A DNA stretch of 64,000 nt from a bacterium (GTDB lineage Bacteria; Verrucomicrobiota; Kiritimatiellia; CAIKKV01; CAIYGI01): NCBI GenBank assembly GCA_025360745.1, contig JANYBP010000043.1, positions 10,455-74,454 on the forward strand, in the 5' to 3' direction. The notes beneath the pieces are model-generated. The model saw only the letters and a program-made list of their open reading frames with translations. It did no database searches and was not told where the DNA came from. Of this stretch, positions 9,582 through 16,503 are shown in pieces (within the stretch, counting starts at the first letter, position 1; every line of letters begins with the position of its first letter). Made by a program: the position numbers and the translations under genes.

Positions 9582-10763
9582 TCAGACTTTAACCATCACC
9601 TTGGCGCTGTTTCGCAATCCAGCCGCGCATCCGATCAAGAGCCCATAAACCAGCACCAGTTTGGCGTCGCCAAAATTATATTCCACCAACCCGTTCAGCA
9701 GCAGCGCGCAAAATCCCAGCAGCAGCGCCAGCGAGAGCATGCCTTCCGCGCCCGCGGAACGGCGGGTGCGTCGAAACAGACCGACTGCGTCCAGCAGCGC
9801 CGCGCCCATCCAGGCCAGGTAAAGCGCGAGGCCGATCCAGCCGGTGGAAACCACCATTTCAACCGGGTTGGAGTGCAGATGGTCGCGGTCCGGCTCGATT
9901 TCCGGGACGATGCGGCGGTAGTCATCGTTGGTGAGCGAACGGTACCCCGCCCCACACCACGGGTGTTCGCGCACCAGCGCCGGGGCCAGCTTCGTCCACA
10001 TCGTCATGCGTCCGCCCCGCCCCGCATCGAACTCGTCCTCCAAAGCCTGCAGGCGGTGCTGCATCGGCGGCAGCGACAGCAAAACCACAAGCGCCGCCGC
10101 CAGGCCAAGCCAGGCTTTCCAGCCACCGCGCACGGCCAGCAGAACCGCCAGCATGGCCGCGGTTGCAAACCAGGCGCCGCGCTTGAAACTCAGCGCCAGT
10201 GCCAGCCCCGTCAGCGCCGCCACCAGCCACCACCAGGCGGGGCGGCCGCCCAGCCGGCGCACCGCCATGATGAATCCCAGCGCCAGAATCAACCCCACCA
10301 TGCAGCGCTGACTGTCGGACATCGAGCCCGTGTTCACCAGAGCCGTCATGAAGTCCGGCTGTAACCCGGCCTGCCAGGTTTTCCAAGCATGCCAGGGCGC
10401 CAGCACCAGCGTTCGCAGCGCCACCAGCGACGCGCCGATCGCATAGGCGCCCAGCACGGTTGCCAGCCGATCTGAAGTCGTCACCAGCCAGCCGCCGGCC
10501 AGTGCGCCCGCAAACCAGAAAAGTTTTGTCAAACACGGCACGCCGCGGTACGGATCGACGCCATAAACCGTCACGCCAACGGCCCAGGCCAAAAACACAA
10601 GATAGAGCCAGCCGCTCGGTGCGAGTGTCACGGATGCACGCCTCCTCACGCGATCGACAACGAACATCAGCAAAGTCACCGCCAGCATAACCCGTCCAAA
10701 AGGCAGCGAGAAACCGGCGAAAAACGCCGAGGCCGCAAAACAGATGAAGAGCGTTTGTTCCAT
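9582..10763 (-). CDS. O-antigen ligase family protein (Wzy_C / WaaL-like polymerase/ligase)
   Basis: About 10 TM helices with a large periplasmic loop. Typical O-antigen ligase topology and composition. Confidence 0.75.
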   Translation of the reverse strand: MEQTLFICFAASAFFAGFSLPFGRVMLAVTLLMFVVDRVRRRASVTLAPSGWLYLVFLAWAVGVTVYGVDPYRGVPCLTKLFWFAGALAGGWLVTTSDRLATVLGAYAIGASLVALRTLVLAPWHAWKTWQAGLQPDFMTALVNTGSMSDSQRCMVGLILALGFIMAVRRLGGRPAWWWLVAALTGLALALSFKRGAWFATAAMLAVLLAVRGGWKAWLGLAAALVVLLSLPPMQHRLQALEDEFDAGRGGRMTMWTKLAPALVREHPWCGAGYRSLTNDDYRRIVPEIEPDRDHLHSNPVEMVVSTGWIGLALYLAWMGAALLDAVGLFRRTRRSAGAEGMLSLALLLGFCALLLNGLVEYNFGDAKLVLVYGLLIGCAAGLRNSAKVMVKV

Positions 10764-10786
10764 GGTTTGCCTTTAAATCGACGACC

Positions 10787-11068
10787 TCATCGTCTTACCG
10801 GCGTCTTGTAGGTAATGCGACCGTCTCGAACTGTCAAAATAACAGCTATGATTGGACCTTCTGGGTCTGTGCGAAACGCATGATTGTGCGTAATCGTCCC
10901 GTCTTCATTCGTATGAACATAAAAATCAATTCCCAGCAGAGGAGCCACTTGGACGTATTCGCTTCCCAAAACTATTCTGTCATAAACCACCTGTTCTGGA
11001 TTATTTTTCTGACCACCGCATCCGCTCGCCGTCCAGAGCAGAAGAAGGAAAATGCACAAGCGCCGCAT
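10787..11068 (-). CDS. Small lipoprotein (hypothetical)
   Basis: Signal peptide with lipobox LWTASGC. 93 aa. In the low-GC islet. Confidence 0.5.
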   Translation of the reverse strand: MRRLCIFLLLLWTASGCGGQKNNPEQVVYDRIVLGSEYVQVAPLLGIDFYVHTNEDGTITHNHAFRTDPEGPIIAVILTVRDGRITYKTPVRR

Positions 11069-11108
11069 TACGCACCTCCCACCATGGCAAATAAAACTTT
11101 TTAATTCT

Positions 11109-11537
11109 CTACTCTCTGCCGATCTTTATCGGCGCTTTCTGAGCGACACTCATTCTACCCACAAAATGCAAACAGGCTGAAAGCCCTCCGATCATCAAAG
11201 CATTTGCATACGTTGTCCAGCGCACAGTTAAGGCTGTGCTGGTATAATTATAGACCATAGCGCAAACCACACCTACAGTCAGGATAAGACCCACGGCAAG
11301 TTTACCTACAGTGTTTTCATTCACAATTGGGTTCCCTAATCCCCGTTCACGTTCAATACGATGCCGCACCAGCATCGCAATCCCGTGAATGAGCAAAACG
11401 ATTGCAGCACCACACACCACATCGATCCACATTGAACGCCTCAATGTCTCCAGCATATAGAGTGACACCCCCCCAAGAACGACTACCATTCGCCGACGAT
11501 TCGTTCTTTTTTTGCCATCACAAGTCATATTTGCCAC
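11109..11537 (-). CDS. Small multi-pass membrane protein (candidate immunity protein)
   Basis: 3-4 predicted TM segments. No recognisable domain. Downstream of the toxin-like gene on the same strand. Confidence 0.45.
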   Translation of the reverse strand: MANMTCDGKKRTNRRRMVVVLGGVSLYMLETLRRSMWIDVVCGAAIVLLIHGIAMLVRHRIERERGLGNPIVNENTVGKLAVGLILTVGVVCAMVYNYTSTALTVRWTTYANALMIGGLSACLHFVGRMSVAQKAPIKIGRE

Positions 11538-11594
11538 TCTATTTTCCTATCAGGTTATAACGAAACACCAAAAACTTTGTTCCCACCCAAACAC

Positions 11595-11897
11595 CTACTC
11601 GCAAAACATCGAGCCCGCAGTCAGCACACCCTTGACTTTTTCTCGGAGTTTTCTCAACAACGCCAAGAATAAACCTGCCATCGCCCCGATGACTGCATTC
11701 ACCAGAAAGCAGAATGGAAGAAGTCGCCATGCGAGATCCAGTCCTTTTCCGCTGTGCGCAAATTGGCACCCCCTTCGTGCCTGCATCCGACTATTTCGAG
11801 TGGCCACAATGCTTTCGTTCGCCGGTGAATGCACCAATGACGGCCCATGTGGTTTGCAAAACGCCAGAGACAACCCATCCGAAAAGTAGTGAGACAA
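11595..11897 (-). CDS. Small membrane protein (uncertain; may start at internal Met about 11786, or be fused by frameshift to 11791..12150)
   Basis: Hydrophobic C-terminal half (LLPFCFLVNAVIGAMAGLFLALL). Overlaps the upstream ORF by about 107 nt in another frame. Confidence 0.3.
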   Translation of the reverse strand: MSHYFSDGLSLAFCKPHGPSLVHSPANESIVATRNSRMQARRGCQFAHSGKGLDLAWRLLPFCFLVNAVIGAMAGLFLALLRKLREKVKGVLTAGSMFCE

Positions 11898-12150
11898 CTA
11901 CATCGATTGCTGAGAACAAGAAGGTAAAGCAAATGCCCCAAATACCCACCACAGCCTTCGGCGTGTTTCCCGAGAACACAAATAGTACATCTTCCGGAAA
12001 GCACTTCCACCACTCCAGCAGACTTGGAGGAGGTCCCTTCACTCGACTGCCGAAATCGACGAACATCAAAGTTATAAAAATCAATGTCGAGATTGTGAAC
12101 CACAGTGGTCTACATGCTATTATCTTGGATCTCAAAATTGACTGGACCAT
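11791..12150 (-). CDS. Small multi-pass membrane protein (candidate immunity protein)
   Basis: Three hydrophobic segments. Starts 13 nt downstream of the RHS-tail toxin-like gene stop. Confidence 0.45.
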   Translation of the reverse strand: MVQSILRSKIIACRPLWFTISTLIFITLMFVDFGSRVKGPPPSLLEWWKCFPEDVLFVFSGNTPKAVVGIWGICFTFLFSAIDVVVSLLFGWVVSGVLQTTWAVIGAFTGERKHCGHSK

Positions 12151-12162
12151 ACGAAAGACCTC

Positions 12163-12939
12163 TCAATGACATGGGCCAACGTCTTGCGCTGAACAACCCC
12201 CGGTTATGAGTTCCGAGAATTCTGCCCCGGGCCAGAATGCCCGTTCGGTATAAGCCCCTCCTTCTCCGACAACTTGAAGGAGATCTACCCACGAATTTCC
12301 GATCTCAAGCACCTTCACCTTTGTGTCCTGCCAGTTTGCAAGAACCGTTTGGCGCCCCGGACCTGTAGCGCCCTTGGCATATCCCCGAATCGAATCACCA
12401 AGATTATAACTCTTCGCGCTGCCAATTGTCGTATGAACTCCCGCGTAGCCGTCGTATCCGGTCCATTGGGACTGGAACTGCCAGGAACATGTCACAAGAA
12501 AAGTCCTGCAACACGAATGCCTTGCTTTGACCCAGATTCGTGTTTCAGTATCACACAAATAGTTCCTGTAAAAAGGCAACGTTGTGCATGTCACAAATGC
12601 AGCGGCCGAACTACTCTCGCGAGGTCCAGAAGCCCATGCTCGTTTGCTAACCCCCCGATTATTGTCGCAGTCTGACTGCCCCCAAGACTTCCATTCTAAC
12701 AACCCGAGGGGATCCAACATATCTATTGTTCGATTGCGGACAAAAACATACAACGTTGGCGGCGGCGGACTCTTCGGAACCCCTCTGCGAATACCCACGG
12801 AATCGGTTGCATGCCGTTCATCTCCCAACGGATCTCTATTGAGCCATCTTCCCTCGTCCGGATGGTAATACGCTAGGGCCTTAACAACCAAACTACTTAA
12901 AATCAAACAACTCAAAAGAAAATACCGTATGCTTTTCAT
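12163..12939 (-). CDS. Secreted mini-RHS-tail protein: signal peptide plus RHS core-end/DPxGL motif plus novel Cys/Trp-rich C-terminal (toxin-like) domain
   Basis: MKSIRYFLLSCLILSSLVVKALA signal peptide, then YYHPDEGRWLNRDPLGDE ... TLYVFVRNRTIDMLDPLGL. This matches the RHS repeat-associated core terminal consensus (YYDPxxGRWxxxDPxG ... LYxYVxNNPxxxxDPxGL). No YD repeats anywhere. About 170-aa C-terminal domain of unknown family. Confidence 0.6.
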   Translation of the reverse strand: MKSIRYFLLSCLILSSLVVKALAYYHPDEGRWLNRDPLGDERHATDSVGIRRGVPKSPPPPTLYVFVRNRTIDMLDPLGLLEWKSWGQSDCDNNRGVSKRAWASGPRESSSAAAFVTCTTLPFYRNYLCDTETRIWVKARHSCCRTFLVTCSWQFQSQWTGYDGYAGVHTTIGSAKSYNLGDSIRGYAKGATGPGRQTVLANWQDTKVKVLEIGNSWVDLLQVVGEGGAYTERAFWPGAEFSELITGGCSAQDVGPCH

Positions 12940-14530
12940 GACTGCCCCTTTTGTTTTCTGGATCCCTCCAGGAATTTGTATTCATCAGCGTCTGGTACAG
13001 CAATGCCGAGGCAACGGTGCCGTCTTTGGAATCTTTCTTCACTTGATCCCGCATAAGTTGATTAAGTCTAGCAATATCCACGCCCTCCTTCTTCCTCAAG
13101 TTGTCCGCATAAGTTTTCACCGTCGCATGTTGTTTTTCACGCCCGTGTTGCTTGAGACAGAGTGCCCGTAACTCCAAGAAGGCGGCCAGTTCCCTTTTTG
13201 GAGACAGGGACTTCATGTACATTCCCGTTTCGAGTTCCTCCTTGGATATAGGCCAGGGCCACTCCATGTATTCCTGATCCGGATAACAGTTCAACCCTCG
13301 ATTAGTTCCTTCGATATTGAAGCGATCCTTGGCATCTTCCCACCTTACAAATAGGTGGCCTTTGCATTCGACAAGTTTCAGGGGATACCCCAGCCGCCTG
13401 CCGACGGCAACATAGAAGACAGGTAAGGATGCGCACGTTCCCTGATGCGCGGCCTCTGTCAGGCCGTGAATAAAAAGATCATGAGAATTTCCAAAGAACG
13501 AAAAGTCATTGCGGATGACTTCCACCGGTCCAGCCCGCATCTTCGGATCCTTGTTGTAACATACCTTGAAATCTTCCTGGAGGACGCAAATCATCATCAG
13601 AACGCGAAAGTATGCTTCAGAATTATTGAACTCTTCAGGTGTTTTCTGAAATTTGTAGAGATGCCTGTCTGTCTCATGTTTGACCCAAGCCGCCAACTGA
13701 TCGAAATCATTCCGCGTTTTCTCGACATCGAGTTTCTCTGCACCAGGTAGTCCCTTGGCCGCAAGGAGATTGATTTCGGCAATATCGTAGTCTTTCGAGG
13801 ACGCCTTCTTTTCCAGCATCTCGCACAAATTGAGTTCAGCGGTGTCAAAACCCTCGCCAACGGGGTGCGGGCGAATGCCAATCGATTCCTGTTTTGGGCG
13901 AACATCCAAGCCCGGGCCCCGCATAAGCCTCAAATTTTGCTGGTTAATTTCTGCTGTCCGCTGGAGTGACACTTGTCTTAGGCGCTCATTCTGTTGCTGT
14001 ATCTTGTCAGAATATTCATCGTCCGCCGACCTTGCAGACTGCCCGTTCCCTGATGACGTCTGCTTTATGTGTTCTTGTTCCTGTATATTCAGTTGCCCTT
14101 TATTTACTTCCAGCGCTTGCTGTTGGTACTCTTGAAACTCCTTCGTTGTCGCGACCTGAAGTTCGATTCTACTGAGTTCACGTTTCATTTCTATCACGTA
14201 TTCTTGCAGATGCGGCGGAATTGCGTTCGTGTGCGTGGACGATAATGCTTCCAAATTTCTTCTTATTTTCATGGCTCGTAACTCGAACTCGTCCATAGCC
14301 ATCTGTTGATTCACGATGTTCTGTTCATCTTGTTCAAGACTCAGTCTTTTGGCGGTTATGGCAAGTTGCTCCGGGTCTGTGTAACCTGCAACTCTGCGAC
14401 TATTTTGTGCAAAGACTGGAAACTCTGCCAGAACAAGCGGTAGAATGGTTGCAAGTGCGGTTAGCAAGATGCTGACACGCGGGAGCAATCTCGGTTTTCG
14501 TCGCTCGCTACTCATAAAAGCCGTTTGCAA
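12893..14530 (-). CDS. Secreted coiled-coil protein with C-terminal transglutaminase-like cysteine-protease domain
   Basis: N-terminal signal/TM. About 250 aa Gln/Glu-rich coiled coil. C-terminal GTCASLPVFYVAVGRRLGYPLKLVECKGHLFVRWED...FNIEGT matches the transglutaminase-like core (GxC ... ALGIPAR ... HAWVE ... D). 3' end overlaps the next gene by 47 nt. Confidence 0.6.
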   Translation of the reverse strand: MQTAFMSSERRKPRLLPRVSILLTALATILPLVLAEFPVFAQNSRRVAGYTDPEQLAITAKRLSLEQDEQNIVNQQMAMDEFELRAMKIRRNLEALSSTHTNAIPPHLQEYVIEMKRELSRIELQVATTKEFQEYQQQALEVNKGQLNIQEQEHIKQTSSGNGQSARSADDEYSDKIQQQNERLRQVSLQRTAEINQQNLRLMRGPGLDVRPKQESIGIRPHPVGEGFDTAELNLCEMLEKKASSKDYDIAEINLLAAKGLPGAEKLDVEKTRNDFDQLAAWVKHETDRHLYKFQKTPEEFNNSEAYFRVLMMICVLQEDFKVCYNKDPKMRAGPVEVIRNDFSFFGNSHDLFIHGLTEAAHQGTCASLPVFYVAVGRRLGYPLKLVECKGHLFVRWEDAKDRFNIEGTNRGLNCYPDQEYMEWPWPISKEELETGMYMKSLSPKRELAAFLELRALCLKQHGREKQHATVKTYADNLRKKEGVDIARLNQLMRDQVKKDSKDGTVASALLYQTLMNTNSWRDPENKRGSHEKHTVFSFELFDFK

Positions 14531-14718
14531 AATGCGCTGGCGAACAGGTTAAAATGATCTAACTGACAAGGTGATGTGCGCTTCGAGGGCAATATACCAA
14601 GCGAAATCTACGTTAGAAGCAATAGATTGCAAGTTCTTGAACCCGTTTCTAGATGAATTCCGGTTCGGCATGCAGCCGAAATTGGCCCGTCCCCGTCGCC
14701 TTCTTCGGGTTGCCAACA

Positions 14719-15387
14719 TCAAGGGGCGGCATGTTTCCCAACGTCCAATGGAATTACAATGCGCTCTCCAATGACAAGCGCACGCTCAGCGTCAATCCTA
14801 TTGGCCTTCATGATCCCCGCACTGGTGACTCCGAAGGCTTCTGCGACTGTCCGAATGGTATCCCCCCTCTTTGCTATATAAGACATCATGACTTGCTTCA
14901 CATTTTCTGTTATTGATGTTTTGCCATAACCGCCATCGCCATTTTTTACTGGAGCGCGCCCATCGAAGTTATCGCTCAGATCGACAACCCTGGCGCTTTG
15001 TCCCTTGCCAGTTCCCAAAATATCCGTGAGCTGTCCTAGTCGACTGTCGATATCTGCTATAGCCACCTCGTTGTTGAATCCCATTTGCCGCCAACTGATG
15101 CGAATCCGCGTGCCACTTACAAGAGTTGCCTCCACATATTTTTGCGACGTCACGTCAATCTGAACCAAGCGCATGCCTCTATTCCAAGCGCGTTCATATA
15201 ACTGCAACGCCACGCAGAACGATGTCGCGCCGACTATTCTTACCCGGTCTTCTTGCGTGCTGTTCACTGCTTGAGTCGGACTGACGCGCAGACTGTCATC
15301 GTCAGTTCTCTCCACAACCCAAACCGGATCAGCTCCACAACTTACTGCACAAAGCATTACCAATAGGCACGCATGCATATGATTCAT
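14719..15387 (-). CDS. Lipoprotein with C-terminal LysM peptidoglycan-binding domain
   Basis: Lipobox AVSCG. C-terminal YIAKRGDTIRTVAEAFGVTSAGIMKANRI...GERIVIP is a LysM motif. Confidence 0.7.
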   Translation of the reverse strand: MNHMHACLLVMLCAVSCGADPVWVVERTDDDSLRVSPTQAVNSTQEDRVRIVGATSFCVALQLYERAWNRGMRLVQIDVTSQKYVEATLVSGTRIRISWRQMGFNNEVAIADIDSRLGQLTDILGTGKGQSARVVDLSDNFDGRAPVKNGDGGYGKTSITENVKQVMMSYIAKRGDTIRTVAEAFGVTSAGIMKANRIDAERALVIGERIVIPLDVGKHAAP

Positions 15388-15480
15388 ATACGTCTCCAGA
15401 AAAAGATGGATGCGGAAAGCGACCCATACATCGCTCGTTAATTTCCATGGTTATTCGCCTGTAACTGGTGTTTCAACATA

Positions 15481-16503
15481 TTACAACGCCCAGGCGATCA
15501 GTCGCCAGTATCCGGCCAGCAGGGCGCCGGCTACGCCCGCCAGGCGCGCGGACAGGCCGCCGCGCACGCCGGGGGGCGGATCAGGGCGGCCGCCGCACAG
15601 CAGTTCCCTGTCCGAAACGAGTTTGCGCGGCACGAAGGCGCGCCGCTTGCGCAGCGCCCCGGAAAGCCCGCACAGCGCATGCCAGGCGCCGCGCGCAAAT
15701 TCCCCGCCCTGCCCCTTGAACAGGAAGAATACGCCGGCGCAGGCCTGATAAAAGATCAGCGCGGGCAGCGCCAGCCAGAGGGTTTTGGAATCGTAATGCC
15801 GCACCACGAACCACCAGCGGTTGCGGGTCTGCAGCGCGATCCAGCGCGTCCCGCGCGGACGGGCCATATGATACGCCAGCGCCGCGGGCGCCGCGTAACA
15901 GGGATGACCCAGGGCCGCCATACGGAATGCCAGGTCCCCATCTTCCCATCCGAAAAACAGATCCTCGTCAAAAGCATCGGCGGCCAGGGCCGCCGACCGG
16001 TTGTAAAGCGCCGCGCCCGCGGAAACCGTGCCGACCCGCGCGGGCTCATCGCCGCGGGGCCGGTAGACCACCACCTCGGCGGCGTAGTGCAGAAAGGCCC
16101 CGCAGTACTGCATTGTTTGCGGTTCGGCATGCAGCCGGATCTGCCCCGTCACCGCACCCGCGCCGGGTTGTGCCGCGAAAACCGCCGCCAGCCGTTGAAC
16201 GTAATCCGGGGCCAGCACGAGGTCGTTGTCCATGATCAGCACGAGTTCCGTTTCCGCCGCGCGCAGCGCCGCGTTGCGCGCCGGATTCGGACCGCGGTTG
16301 TCCGGCATTTCGATCACCTGGACCCGTCCGGCATAACGCGCGCGCAGCAGTGACAGGGAATCGTCCGAGGAGTGGTTGTCCACCGCCAGAATCGAATGCA
16401 AAACGATGCCAGTCTGGGCCAGCACGGAATCGAGGGTTGGCCCGAGCACGGCTGCGCCGTTGTAGTTGATCACCGCGACGGTGATGCCGGCGGCGGCGGT
16501 CAT
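15481..16503 (-). CDS. Glycosyltransferase family 2
   Basis: VAVINYNGAAVL...DNHSSDDS...DNDLVL GT-A fold motifs (DxD). Start ATG overlaps the stop of the upstream deacetylase gene (ATGA 16500-16503). Confidence 0.85.
   Translation of the reverse strand: MTAAAGITVAVINYNGAAVLGPTLDSVLAQTGIVLHSILAVDNHSSDDSLSLLRARYAGRVQVIEMPDNRGPNPARNAALRAAETELVLIMDNDLVLAPDYVQRLAAVFAAQPGAGAVTGQIRLHAEPQTMQYCGAFLHYAAEVVVYRPRGDEPARVGTVSAGAALYNRSAALAADAFDEDLFFGWEDGDLAFRMAALGHPCYAAPAALAYHMARPRGTRWIALQTRNRWWFVVRHYDSKTLWLALPALIFYQACAGVFFLFKGQGGEFARGAWHALCGLSGALRKRRAFVPRKLVSDRELLCGGRPDPPPGVRGGLSARLAGVAGALLAGYWRLIAWAL

Larger units (their letters stand above)
10787..15400 (-). other. AT-richer horizontally acquired islet (all minus-strand genes) inserted in a cell-envelope glycan locus
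   Basis: Sharp drop in G+C by eye compared with flanks. Codon usage differs from flanks. Gene content unrelated to flanking O-antigen ligase and GT2 genes. No flanking tRNA or obvious direct repeats found. Confidence 0.6.

Noticed and set aside
9174-10364. 396-aa ORF antisense to the O-antigen ligase gene (and 9922..10536, 9928..10311)
   Set aside because: Same GC artefact. The sense-strand membrane protein is the coherent reading.
11512-12169. Plus-strand ORFs 11512..11889 and 11714..12169 in the low-GC islet
   Set aside because: Low-complexity Ser/Thr/Pro-rich translations. The minus-strand hydrophobic ORFs fit the operon orientation of the islet better. Spurious ORFs lengthen in AT-richer DNA.
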